The notes below the pieces were generated by a model, which saw only the letters and a program-made list of their open reading frames with translations, was not told the origin of the DNA and searched no databases. From Oscillospiraceae bacterium (GTDB lineage Bacteria; Bacillota; Clostridia; Oscillospirales; CAG-272): a stretch of 64,000 nucleotides of DNA. Both the position numbers and the translations under genes were made by a program. Positions 45,307-52,730 of this stretch are shown here, piece by piece; the stretch's first letter is position 1; each line of letters begins with the position of its first letter. Where the stretch lies: contig SVRJ01000006.1 of the NCBI GenBank assembly GCA_015064885.1, forward strand, positions 3,990 through 67,989, in the 5' to 3' direction.

Positions 45307-45798
45307 TCAAAAATCGTATACCGTTTTTACGTTTGCCACCTGCTCGAGAAGAACAGCCTCACTTTTTCCGTCAAGCTCGAGAGTGATCGACGAGCCGTCC
45401 TCGCTTATATCCGAAAGCGTCGCGCGAATGACCTTCATTCCGTCAAAGATGCCTTCCTTCTTCTGCGAATAGAGTGACACTCTGACCGTCTCTCCGAGGA
45501 AAGCCTCGAAGTGCTCGTATCTTTTAAGCTCACGCTCGATACCGGGAGAGGATACCTGAAGATAATACTCGCACGAGATAGGATCAGCCTCGTCAAGAGG
45601 AGCGTCTATCGCGCGGCTCACCTTTTCGCAGTCTTCGATATTTATACCCTCATCGCTGTCGAGTGTGATACAGAGTATCTGTTCGCTTCCTTCCTTGTAG
45701 AACTCTATATCCCAAAGGTAGTAGCCCTGCTCCTTTACAACAGGCTCAACTATCGGGAGGACCTTTGCGGGTACGCCCTTATACGTGCCGAGTTTCAT
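45307..45798 (-). CDS. rimP: Ribosome maturation factor RimP
   Basis: Motifs IVEPVVKEQGYYLWDIEF and YLQVSSPGIEREL. ATG 45798 has a GGGGG RBS. The track starts 7 codons earlier. Confidence 0.9.
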   Translation of the reverse strand: MKLGTYKGVPAKVLPIVEPVVKEQGYYLWDIEFYKEGSEQILCITLDSDEGINIEDCEKVSRAIDAPLDEADPISCEYYLQVSSPGIERELKRYEHFEAFLGETVRVSLYSQKKEGIFDGMKVIRATLSDISEDGSSITLELDGKSEAVLLEQVANVKTVYDF

Positions 45799-45862
45799 AA
45801 AATACCCCCTAACAAACAATTAAGAGCGGACTCGCGCCCACCCTCTAAATCTGCCTATATAT

Positions 45863-45891
45863 ATTATACCACACTTTATTTCAAAATGCAA
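45863..45891 (-). promoter_or_regulatory. Sigma-A-type promoter of the rimP-nusA-infB operon
   Basis: The reverse strand reads TTGCAT, a 17-nt spacer, then tgtggTATAAT. Confidence 0.65.
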
Positions 45892-46104
45892 TACCTTTTT
45901 TAAAAATTCCCGGGTTTTTTCAAAAAAAATAAACCGAGAACGCCAAAAAATCATTCTCGTGATATTTATATATTTATGAACGCAATATTCAGTAACTGCA
46001 ATGTGCAAATTAACACACGTATAAATACGTCGTTTTATCCCGGTCAAAGTCAAAAGCGGTCGAATGATCATACGCATTTGCCACTGCGGATTTTTCTCTT
46101 TGTA

Positions 46105-46133
46105 TTGACAAACGGGTTTAAATGTGGTATAAT
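46105..46133 (+). promoter_or_regulatory. Sigma-A-type promoter
   Basis: TTGACA, 17-nt spacer, tgtggTATAAT. Confidence 0.75.
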
Positions 46134-46166
46134 TTTTACAGAGCAAGAAAAGAGGAAGTGTAAAAA

Positions 46167-46574
46167 ATGAATCTGCATAAAAACGCGCCGCTGATCATAA
46201 GATGCGACGATACCCAAATGAAGATATCCCACAGAGAGTACGTGATATGCCAGCACCAGGCAGGGCTCGGGACCGCACATCTCGGATTCACCGCGCTTCT
46301 GTACGGGAAGATAAGCATGCTCGTTTTTGCGTCGTCGGGGCTCAGCGAGAGATCGCTTGCCTTTGAGGAGATAAACGGCAGCTTCCGCGTATTCCCGAAC
46401 GGAAGGCGAGACCTTGCATGTGATATAAGCAAGTGGGAGATAGAGGCTATTGACGGACTTATTATGGACTGTATGCTCGGCAGATATGCCGAGGAGGTAA
46501 ACATAGATACCGAGCTTTCGAACATATACGGAAGGGTCAACCTGGTGTTTACGGTAAGCGATTTCTTTCTGTAA
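46167..46574 (+). CDS. Hypothetical cytoplasmic protein (135 aa) of unrecognised family
   Basis: Monocistronic unit with a consensus promoter, an AAGAGGAAG RBS and a perfect 14-bp terminator. I recognise no motif. Confidence 0.6.
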   Translation: MNLHKNAPLIIRCDDTQMKISHREYVICQHQAGLGTAHLGFTALLYGKISMLVFASSGLSERSLAFEEINGSFRVFPNGRRDLACDISKWEIEAIDGLIMDCMLGRYAEEVNIDTELSNIYGRVNLVFTVSDFFL

Positions 46575-46579
46575 AGCAG

Positions 46580-46614
46580 ATCGGGTGCGCCACTGAATAA
46601 GTGGCGCACCCGAT
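46580..46614. terminator. Bidirectional terminator
   Basis: atcgggtgcgccac-tgaataa-gtggcgcacccgat followed by ttt. It is shared by convergent genes. Confidence 0.85.
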
Positions 46615-46615
46615 T

Positions 46616-46960
46616 TTACAGTAAGAGAAGTATAAGTATCATAAGAAGCGCACCGTCGTCCTTTTCGCCGCCGCCCGCGGCGAGTACGAGAAGGACCAAG
46701 AACAGAATAGCCGTGTCCGTGGCTATCGACAGGCCCGCAAACGGGAGCGGCAGAGAGGGAGATTCCCTCTTTTCTTTTTTCTCTCCGGCATCACTGTCTT
46801 CTCTGTGCTCTTTAGCTACGGGCAGTGCAGTATTTTTTTCGGCACTGTCCGCTTCTTTTTCTTTTATTTCAGGAGAAAATGCATTTCCGCTGTAATTTTC
46901 GGGCAGAGAATTTACTCTGTAGCTCGGCTTACCGAAGGAAGGATGGCTCTGTCTATACAT
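46616..46960 (-). CDS. Small hypothetical protein with a C-terminal membrane anchor
   Basis: ATG 46960 has a GGAGGTGG RBS and overlaps the upstream stop by 8 nt. The charged Glu/Lys-rich middle is followed by the C-terminal hydrophobic stretch ILFLVLLVLAAGGG...LLMILILLLL. Confidence 0.55.
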   Translation of the reverse strand: MYRQSHPSFGKPSYRVNSLPENYSGNAFSPEIKEKEADSAEKNTALPVAKEHREDSDAGEKKEKRESPSLPLPFAGLSIATDTAILFLVLLVLAAGGGEKDDGALLMILILLLL

Positions 46961-47354
46961 TTTTACCACCTCCGAGAAGCCCGATAAGAGCTTGCGGGTC
47001 TATATTCCCAACAAGTCTGCCTATAGATTCAAGGCTTATCATCATATCGAGTGCTTCTCTCCTTTTCGGGCTCATATACGGACGCAGAGCATAGAGAAGC
47101 TTTTTCTTGTCGTCGCTGCCCTTATCCGGAGTTTTCTCTTTTATACTGCCGGCATCCGTCGGAGGACTGTCCGAGCGATTCCCGTCTTCTCGGTTATCCT
47201 CGTGCTTCTCTTCATTTTTTACCGCTCCGCCGGATAATCCGAGCTCGCTTGCGATATTCATAAGGAGATCCGGACGTGAAAGCAGCTTGCTCACCGCATT
47301 CCCTATAGCCCCGTCGGATGAAGCAAGTGCGGAAAGGTCAAGATTACCGTCCAT
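46953..47354 (-). CDS. Small hypothetical protein (133 aa) with a low-complexity acidic/basic centre
   Basis: ATG 47354 has a GGGAGGAA RBS and overlaps the upstream stop by 11 nt. The conserved-looking C-terminus is KKKLLYALRPYMSPKRREALDMMISLESIGRL. Confidence 0.55.
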   Translation of the reverse strand: MDGNLDLSALASSDGAIGNAVSKLLSRPDLLMNIASELGLSGGAVKNEEKHEDNREDGNRSDSPPTDAGSIKEKTPDKGSDDKKKLLYALRPYMSPKRREALDMMISLESIGRLVGNIDPQALIGLLGGGKNV

Positions 47355-47568
47355 TCTTATTTCCTCCCGTAAAATATTTCAGAAATGCCTCGATATCCGC
47401 ATCGCTCGCATTTGCGAGCACCGTGCGAAGAATACCGATCTCTCTTTTTCCGATACTGAACGTTGAGCTGTCTATTCGGTTGTCCTCGCATAGCTTTTTT
47501 ATCACCGCTATAAGCTCATCGTCCGAAAGAGACAGCAGCTGTCTCACTGTGTTTTTGTCGGGTCTCAC
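47344..47568 (-). CDS. Small hypothetical protein (74 aa)
   Basis: GTG start at 47568 with an AAAGGAGGTG RBS 7 nt upstream. It is the first gene of a three-gene overlapping unit. Confidence 0.5.
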   Translation of the reverse strand: MRPDKNTVRQLLSLSDDELIAVIKKLCEDNRIDSSTFSIGKREIGILRTVLANASDADIEAFLKYFTGGNKNGR

Positions 47569-47652
47569 GGCTTATCACCTCCTTTTTCTCTTACCTTCAT
47601 TGTATGCAGGAATAAAAAAAACGGTGAAAGGCGGCTGAGGCTTTTCTTTAAC

Positions 47653-47682
47653 AAAAAAGCAGACGTACTATTGTACGTCTGC
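47653..47682 (-). terminator. Intrinsic terminator of surface-protein gene A
   Basis: gcagacgtac-tatt-gtacgtctgc (10-bp perfect stem), with T6 on the minus strand. Confidence 0.85.
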
Positions 47683-47692
47683 ATTTATTTTT

Positions 47693-47809
47693 GAAGATAA
47701 CTTATCTTGCGGAAACCTTCTTTGCAACTACAACACCTGCGAGGGAGATGATAGCCATAACAACGAGAAGTGTTGCGACGTCACCTGTGCCGGGGTTGGG
47801 TGTGGGTGT
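47693..47809. repeat. Direct repeat, copy 1 (3' end of the surface-protein genes)
   Basis: 117 nt that match 49324-49440 with one synonymous mismatch (47711 g versus 49342 a) by manual alignment. It covers the stop codon, the charged tail, the TM helix, NPGTGD and the start of the PT linker. Confidence 0.9.
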
Positions 47810-49189
47810 GGGATCGGGAACTACGGGAGCCTTGTATGCCGTATCGAAGCCTGCGATCTTTGTAGCAGAAGGAGCGAGAGCGTCAGTGATCTTCTTCGCT
47901 GCTGCAGCTGCTACTGCTGCTTCTGCATTCTCTGTGCAGTTTGTAATAGCTGTTTCCGGATTCTTTACGCTGAACGTAACAGACTTTACCTTACCAACGC
48001 ATACGCAGTCGGAATAGAGAATGTTTTCGAAGTTTGCGGAGTATATAGTTCCGAAGATATCGGAGGTCCTGTCCTGCTTGCCGCCTTCATAAGCTATAGC
48101 GCCTGTATTAACGCAACCCTTTACTGTGATAGCGTTGTTACCGTTTTCGGGGTAACCGCCCATACCGCCAACGTGAGCATAGCTGTTAGCTGTGCCGCCT
48201 GTTGTACCCTTGAGGTCGCCTGCATTGAGACAGCCGTCAAAAACGAGGTTGAGGTCGTAGGTACCGCCCTGGAAGCTTGCGATCATACCTGCAACGTAAA
48301 TTGTTGTATCTGCCGCAACCTTGGCTGTGATGTCACCGTTGTTCACGCAATTCTTGAGAGTCATAAATCTCTCTGTTGCATTCTTGGAGCTGTATGCTAC
48401 GATACCTGCCGTACGAATAGCACCGGTCTCGCAATTGACTGTAAAGTTACCGTTGTTTACACAGTTTGTATAGTTTGTACCGTTGGATTCAGCAACTATA
48501 CCGCCTGCACGGCCCTGAGCTTTACCGTTAAGGGTAATATCGCCGTTGCTTACTACGTTTTCAAACTCTGTGCGGAAAGCGTAGCCTGCTACACCTGCTG
48601 CTCTGGGGGATTCAGCATAGTTTGTTACTGTGATATCAACGTCTGTAACGATATTGATGATTCTGAGTGTGTTAGTGGGAACTGTAGTTGTGTTCTGGAA
48701 GGACCAGCCTACGAGAGGAGATGCGCTCCAGTGACCTGTAAGTGTTGCGTCCTTGATCTCCATCTTACCCTCGAGAGTAAGGTTTGCGATACCGCCGTCA
48801 AAACCGTCTGTAGCGAGGTATCCGAAAAGACCGCTGAACTTGAGAGGAGCAGACTGATAGAAGCCCTTGATCGTGTATCCGCAACCGTTGTAAACACCTG
48901 CGAAGGGAGATCCTGTACCTGCTCCGATAGGCGCCCATTCCTTGCCGCCGAGGTCGATGTCTGCTGTCTGTGTGATGTACTTGCCTGCATACTTGTTACC
49001 GCCGTTAACGTCCTTAGCAAGGAACGCAAGATCTTCTGCAGTTTCAACAAGGTAAGGCTTATCTGCTGTTCCTTCACCCTTGAGGGATGTGGAAGCTGTT
49101 GTTCCGTCCCAAGCCGCTGCGCTTGTGGAAACAACGAAAAGCGAGAGAAGCATTACTGTGCAAAGCACGATGGATAATACTTTTTTCAT
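47702..49189 (-). CDS. Secreted GLUG-motif/beta-helix-like surface protein with a PT linker and an NPxTG-type C-terminal sorting signal (paralogue A)
   Basis: 495 aa. Signal peptide MKKVLSIVLCTVMLLSLFVVSTSAAA. N-terminal GEGTADKPYLVETAEDLAFL...GKYITQTADIDLGG..W.PIG, then repeated NCVNNGxxT...AGGIVA units. C-terminal PTPTPNPGTGD followed by a TM helix and KKVSAR. Confidence 0.8.
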   Translation of the reverse strand: MKKVLSIVLCTVMLLSLFVVSTSAAAWDGTTASTSLKGEGTADKPYLVETAEDLAFLAKDVNGGNKYAGKYITQTADIDLGGKEWAPIGAGTGSPFAGVYNGCGYTIKGFYQSAPLKFSGLFGYLATDGFDGGIANLTLEGKMEIKDATLTGHWSASPLVGWSFQNTTTVPTNTLRIINIVTDVDITVTNYAESPRAAGVAGYAFRTEFENVVSNGDITLNGKAQGRAGGIVAESNGTNYTNCVNNGNFTVNCETGAIRTAGIVAYSSKNATERFMTLKNCVNNGDITAKVAADTTIYVAGMIASFQGGTYDLNLVFDGCLNAGDLKGTTGGTANSYAHVGGMGGYPENGNNAITVKGCVNTGAIAYEGGKQDRTSDIFGTIYSANFENILYSDCVCVGKVKSVTFSVKNPETAITNCTENAEAAVAAAAAKKITDALAPSATKIAGFDTAYKAPVVPDPTPTPNPGTGDVATLLVVMAIISLAGVVVAKKVSAR

Positions 49190-49220
49190 ATTCTTTTTTC
49201 CTTTCTTAAGATGAAAAAAA
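49056..49220. repeat. Direct repeat, copy 1 (5' end, RBS and 5' UTR of the surface-protein genes)
   Basis: ~165 nt that match 50678-50841 with 2 substitutions and then a 1-nt indel in an A-run. Weaker similarity continues up to the -10 box. Confidence 0.9.
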
Positions 49221-49234
49221 TTCTTGGTAACTTT

Positions 49235-49263
49235 ATTATACTATACTTTTATTAAAATGTCAA
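49235..49263 (-). promoter_or_regulatory. Sigma-A-type promoter of paralogue A
   Basis: The reverse strand reads TTGACA, a 17-nt spacer, then TATAAT. Confidence 0.7.
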
Positions 49264-49282
49264 GAGTTTTTTGGCGGTTTTT

Positions 49283-49313
49283 AAAAAAAGCAGGCACACA
49301 AGTGTGTGCCTGC
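49283..49313 (-). terminator. Intrinsic terminator of surface-protein gene B
   Basis: gcaggcacac-aagt-gtgtgcctgc (10-bp perfect stem), with T7 on the minus strand. Confidence 0.85.
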
Positions 49314-49323
49314 CTCTATATTC

Positions 49324-49440
49324 GAAGATAACTTATCTTGCAGAAACCTTCTTTGCAACTACAACACCTGCGAGGGAGATGATAGCCATAACAACGAGAA
49401 GTGTTGCGACGTCACCTGTGCCGGGGTTGGGTGTGGGTGT
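49324..49440. repeat. Direct repeat, copy 2 (3' end of the surface-protein genes)
   Basis: See 47693-47809. The constant offset is 1631 nt. Confidence 0.9.
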
Positions 49441-50811
49441 AGGTGTGGGTGTGGGAGTTACCGTTTCAACTGCGAAATTAAGCTTAGTTCCGTTAACAGT
49501 AACAGAGGTAGTTGCCTTCTGTGCGTCCTCAATAGCCTTGATAGCCGCATCAATAACAGAAGCCTGAGCATCGGACACGCAGTTTACTGCGATGGTAGCA
49601 GTATCGTTTGTCCATCCGACTGCCTTTATTGTGGAATTGCAGTTTTCTACCTTGGAGTTCTTTCCGCTGAAGTTGGAAACACCAATGATACCGCCGGGGA
49701 GCATTTCCTTGTTAACACCGGAAGCAGTAACCTCACCCTTGTTTGCGCAGTTCTTAATGGTTGTATAGCCTACGTTTTCGTAGCCATATATACCGCCTGC
49801 ATAAGCATTGGCAGAATCTTTGGTCGTCTTAGCATCGATCTTGCCTGCGTTTGCACAGTTTTCGAGAGTTGTGTTTCTGGTATTAGCGTTGAAGCCCTGA
49901 GCGATAACGCCTGCTGCAAATGCATTGCTGCCACCAACACTGTTAACGTTACCGTAGTTTACAGAATTATTTATTTTGCATGCTGCGGTCTGAGCACCGT
50001 TTGCTCTTCCTATCATACCGGAAGCAACTGCGAGGTGTCCGGATTTTACTTCGATATTAACGTTACCGTAGTTTGCTACGTTTTCAAGAGTAATGTTGTT
50101 GTATGCGTTTCCGAGGATTCCGCCGATCAAGAGGTGTCTTCCGTCACTCTTAACTGTAACGTCGCCCTTGTTTACAGTGTTAACAACAGTTACGTTGGAG
50201 TTCCAACCGCCTATACCGCCGATGTACATGATCTTTCCGTCGGTTGCTGTGGGAACAGTAACGTCGATATCAACGTCAACAACGCAGTTTGCGATCACGA
50301 TGGGCTTTTCTGCCTTACCCTCGAGCTTACCTGCGAGACCTGCTACGAGTGCATCGCTTGCAGCGTTGAAGGTCCAGCTGTCGATCTTACCCTGAAGGTT
50401 AAGATTGAGAATAGCCGCCTGATTTGTATCAGTAGACTTAAGGCAACCGAAGAATCCGATAAATGCGCTTGTTACAGATCCGGAATATCCTGTTACGTCG
50501 TTACCCTTACCGTCATAAATACCGGAAAAGGGAGCTGCGTTCGAACCGATAGAGGTCCAAGCCTTGCCGCCGAGGTCGATGTCAGCTGTCTGTGTAATGT
50601 ACTTGCCTTCGTAGGTGGTGCCGTCGCTTACAGACTTAGAGAGGAATGCAAGGTCCGCAGCCGTCTCTACGAGATACGGCTTATCTGCTGTTCCTTCACC
50701 CTTGAGGGATGTGGAAACTGTTGTTCCGTCCCAAGCCGCTGCGCTTGTGGAAACAACGAAAAGCGAGAGAAGCATTACTGTGCAAAGCACGATGGATAAT
50801 ACTTTTTTCAT
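49333..50811 (-). CDS. Secreted GLUG-motif/beta-helix-like surface protein with a PT linker and an NPxTG-type sorting signal (paralogue B)
   Basis: 492 aa from ATG 50811. The track ORF extends 31 codons upstream with no RBS. The first ~47 aa and last ~38 aa are almost identical to paralogue A, while the central region is strongly diverged. Confidence 0.8.
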   Translation of the reverse strand: MKKVLSIVLCTVMLLSLFVVSTSAAAWDGTTVSTSLKGEGTADKPYLVETAADLAFLSKSVSDGTTYEGKYITQTADIDLGGKAWTSIGSNAAPFSGIYDGKGNDVTGYSGSVTSAFIGFFGCLKSTDTNQAAILNLNLQGKIDSWTFNAASDALVAGLAGKLEGKAEKPIVIANCVVDVDIDVTVPTATDGKIMYIGGIGGWNSNVTVVNTVNKGDVTVKSDGRHLLIGGILGNAYNNITLENVANYGNVNIEVKSGHLAVASGMIGRANGAQTAACKINNSVNYGNVNSVGGSNAFAAGVIAQGFNANTRNTTLENCANAGKIDAKTTKDSANAYAGGIYGYENVGYTTIKNCANKGEVTASGVNKEMLPGGIIGVSNFSGKNSKVENCNSTIKAVGWTNDTATIAVNCVSDAQASVIDAAIKAIEDAQKATTSVTVNGTKLNFAVETVTPTPTPTPTPNPGTGDVATLLVVMAIISLAGVVVAKKVSAR

Positions 50812-50841
50812 ATTCTTTTTTCCTTTCTTAAAATGAAAAAA
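50678..50841. repeat. Direct repeat, copy 2 (5' end, RBS and 5' UTR of the surface-protein genes)
   Basis: See 49056-49220. The offset is 1622 nt. Confidence 0.9.
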
Positions 50842-50854
50842 TTTTTGTAAGTCT

Positions 50855-50883
50855 ATTATACTATAAAACCGGCAGATTGTCAA
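50855..50883 (-). promoter_or_regulatory. Sigma-A-type promoter of paralogue B
   Basis: The reverse strand reads TTGACA, a 17-nt spacer, then TATAAT. Confidence 0.7.
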
Positions 50884-50900
50884 GTCTTTTATAAAAAGTA

Positions 50901-52271
50901 TCAAATTTTTTTGTACTCGATAAGTATCTTTTTTCTCGTAAGCTCCTCCGCGCGCAGGCCTCTGTCGTTATATTCCGCCTCACCGCTCTGGTTATCGTAC
51001 GGGTCTGTTCTGCAGAAGGAGGACGGAGGGTCAAAGTCTGCCTGAAAGGCGTTATTCGCGATCATGCGGTAGGGATCGAGGTTCCCGAAATAGTGGTCGT
51101 GGAGTATATCATCCTCTTTTTCATCGGCATCCTCACCGCCCGAAAGGTCGGCGTAGAGCTTACCGAACGGTTCGATATAGAAGGTTGCCCAGTCGTGGCT
51201 TGAGGCTCTGTTCGGGTAGACGGAAAGTCCCGACTGCCAGCCCGCGGGTATTCCGGACGCACGACAGAGGGTTATAAAGAGAAGCGCCATGACACCGCAG
51301 TCACCTATCGTCGAGGTAAGAGCGAATTCGGGGATATTTTCAAAGGTGAGATACTCACGCATAAAAGAATATCTGAGGTAACGTGTGACGTAGTCGTATA
51401 TGAGCCTTGCTTTTTTCAGCGGGTTGGTCTCGCTTTTGCATATTTCCTTTGCCGTCTCGCGTATAAGAGGGGTGAAGGCTATATGAGGCAAGAGCTCTCC
51501 GCTCATTCCCTCAACGAACGGCGGCTGCTCTTCCGACACTCTGTCGTAGTCAATTTTTTTGTATCTTATACAGATGGCATACTCATATTCAACGAAAAAG
51601 ACCTCGTCCTCTTTAAGCACGGTATCAATATAAACGCAGGTCTGTCCGCCTTTTTTTATTTCGCACGGGTGAGAGGCTGCGACGAGAATTATATCGCTCT
51701 GCTCGTCGCATTCCGCCGGGAAAGGAAGATAGACCTTTATTCTTTCTCCGACGCGCTCGCTCATCTTATTCACAGACAGCTCCTGGCGTATTCTTATCCT
51801 GCGCTTGCAGAAGCTTCTCTCGTGCATTTCGTCTATCGCCTCATGGATAAGGCGCACCTTCTCCGACTTAACGTAGGGGGCTCTGTCCTTCCTTGCGGCG
51901 TAAAGCGCTCTCTGTTTTCTCGACACACTCGAGCGGTAGGAGTCTGACAGGTGTCTCACTCCCTTTACGTATCTCCATTCGAGCATGCCGTTATTCATCA
52001 TCTCCTCGAAGGTCTCGCGCTTAAAGTCCTCATAATTTTCGCAGAACCATGAGAAAGCCTCCTCCTCGCTGACCGAGAATTCCTTCTTCATTCCCTCGGC
52101 TATCACCTTTTCAAGCTCAAGGCGTGTTCTGAGAGCTTCGGGAAGTCCTTCTCTCCCGAGGTATGCGTCTATTGCCTTTATCTCCGCGTCGAAATCTCCG
52201 AAATACTTATAAGAATTTATTATTTCGGGGAGCGGAACTCCGAGAAGACCGAATTTTTCAAGCTCGCTCAT
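50901..52271 (-). CDS. Transglutaminase-like (papain-fold) domain protein, cytoplasmic
   Basis: 456 aa. The C-terminal core GDCGVMALLFITLCRASGIPAGWQSG ... SHDWATFY ... YADLS gives a Cys-His-Asp triad pattern. No signal peptide or TM helix. Confidence 0.75.
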   Translation of the reverse strand: MSELEKFGLLGVPLPEIINSYKYFGDFDAEIKAIDAYLGREGLPEALRTRLELEKVIAEGMKKEFSVSEEEAFSWFCENYEDFKRETFEEMMNNGMLEWRYVKGVRHLSDSYRSSVSRKQRALYAARKDRAPYVKSEKVRLIHEAIDEMHERSFCKRRIRIRQELSVNKMSERVGERIKVYLPFPAECDEQSDIILVAASHPCEIKKGGQTCVYIDTVLKEDEVFFVEYEYAICIRYKKIDYDRVSEEQPPFVEGMSGELLPHIAFTPLIRETAKEICKSETNPLKKARLIYDYVTRYLRYSFMREYLTFENIPEFALTSTIGDCGVMALLFITLCRASGIPAGWQSGLSVYPNRASSHDWATFYIEPFGKLYADLSGGEDADEKEDDILHDHYFGNLDPYRMIANNAFQADFDPPSSFCRTDPYDNQSGEAEYNDRGLRAEELTRKKILIEYKKI

Positions 52272-52283
52272 AGTCTTTTCCTT

Positions 52284-52730
52284 TCAAGACTGATATTTCA
52301 GTTTGTCTATATAATTCTGGAGGATTATCTGTGCGCTGAGGGCATCTATGACCTTTTTACGCTTCTTACCGAAGGTGCCCGACTCTCCGAGGTATCTCGA
52401 CGCCTCTATCGTGGTCATTCGTTCGTCACAAAAATCTACGCATATTCCGCTCTCACTCTCAACGAGCGACCCGAAATATCTGCACTTTTCGGCTCTCTCT
52501 CCGTAGCTTCCGTCCATATTGACGGGAAGGCCTATAACGATCCCGGAGACATTTTCCGCCTTTGCTATTTCGACGACCTGTCTGACACAATCGTTTAGGC
52601 CGTTATTTACGATAGTTTCACGCGCGCTTGCTATAAATCTTGTGTTATCGCAGACAGCGATGCCCGTCCTTCTGTCGCCAAAGTCGACTCCGAGGAGTCT
52701 TCCCTTTCCGCTGACTATCTCACTCCTCAT
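52284..52730 (-). CDS. ruvX: Holliday-junction resolvase-like nuclease RuvX/YqgF
   Basis: 148 aa. Motifs LLGVDFGDRRTGIAVCD and GLPVNMDGS. Confidence 0.9.
   Translation of the reverse strand: MRSEIVSGKGRLLGVDFGDRRTGIAVCDNTRFIASARETIVNNGLNDCVRQVVEIAKAENVSGIVIGLPVNMDGSYGERAEKCRYFGSLVESESGICVDFCDERMTTIEASRYLGESGTFGKKRKKVIDALSAQIILQNYIDKLKYQS

Noticed and set aside
47599-47606. CATACAAT as a sporulation sigma-E/K-type -10 element upstream of the three small ORFs
   Set aside because: There is no matching -35 element at the right spacing, and no sporulation genes in the window support it. I mention it only as a speculation in the finding.
47795-47812. GT-rich microsatellite-like tracts (ggttgggtgtgggtgtgg, also at 49426-49458)
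   Set aside because: They are the reverse complement of the in-frame (Pro-Thr)n linker codons of the surface proteins. They are not a regulatory repeat.
48173-50799. Large + strand ORFs (334 aa and 497 aa) opposite the surface-protein genes
   Set aside because: They are Cys-rich antisense products of genes that have a signal peptide, promoter, RBS, terminator and sorting signal on the minus strand.
50812-50904. A 31-codon upstream extension of surface-protein gene B, with similar upstream extensions in the track for rplJ, dut, proB, rimP, the FAD oxidoreductase at 61616-61678 and the flippase at 32270
   Set aside because: The internal ATGs are preceded by good RBSs and give canonical N-termini. 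The extensions cover promoter or UTR sequence.
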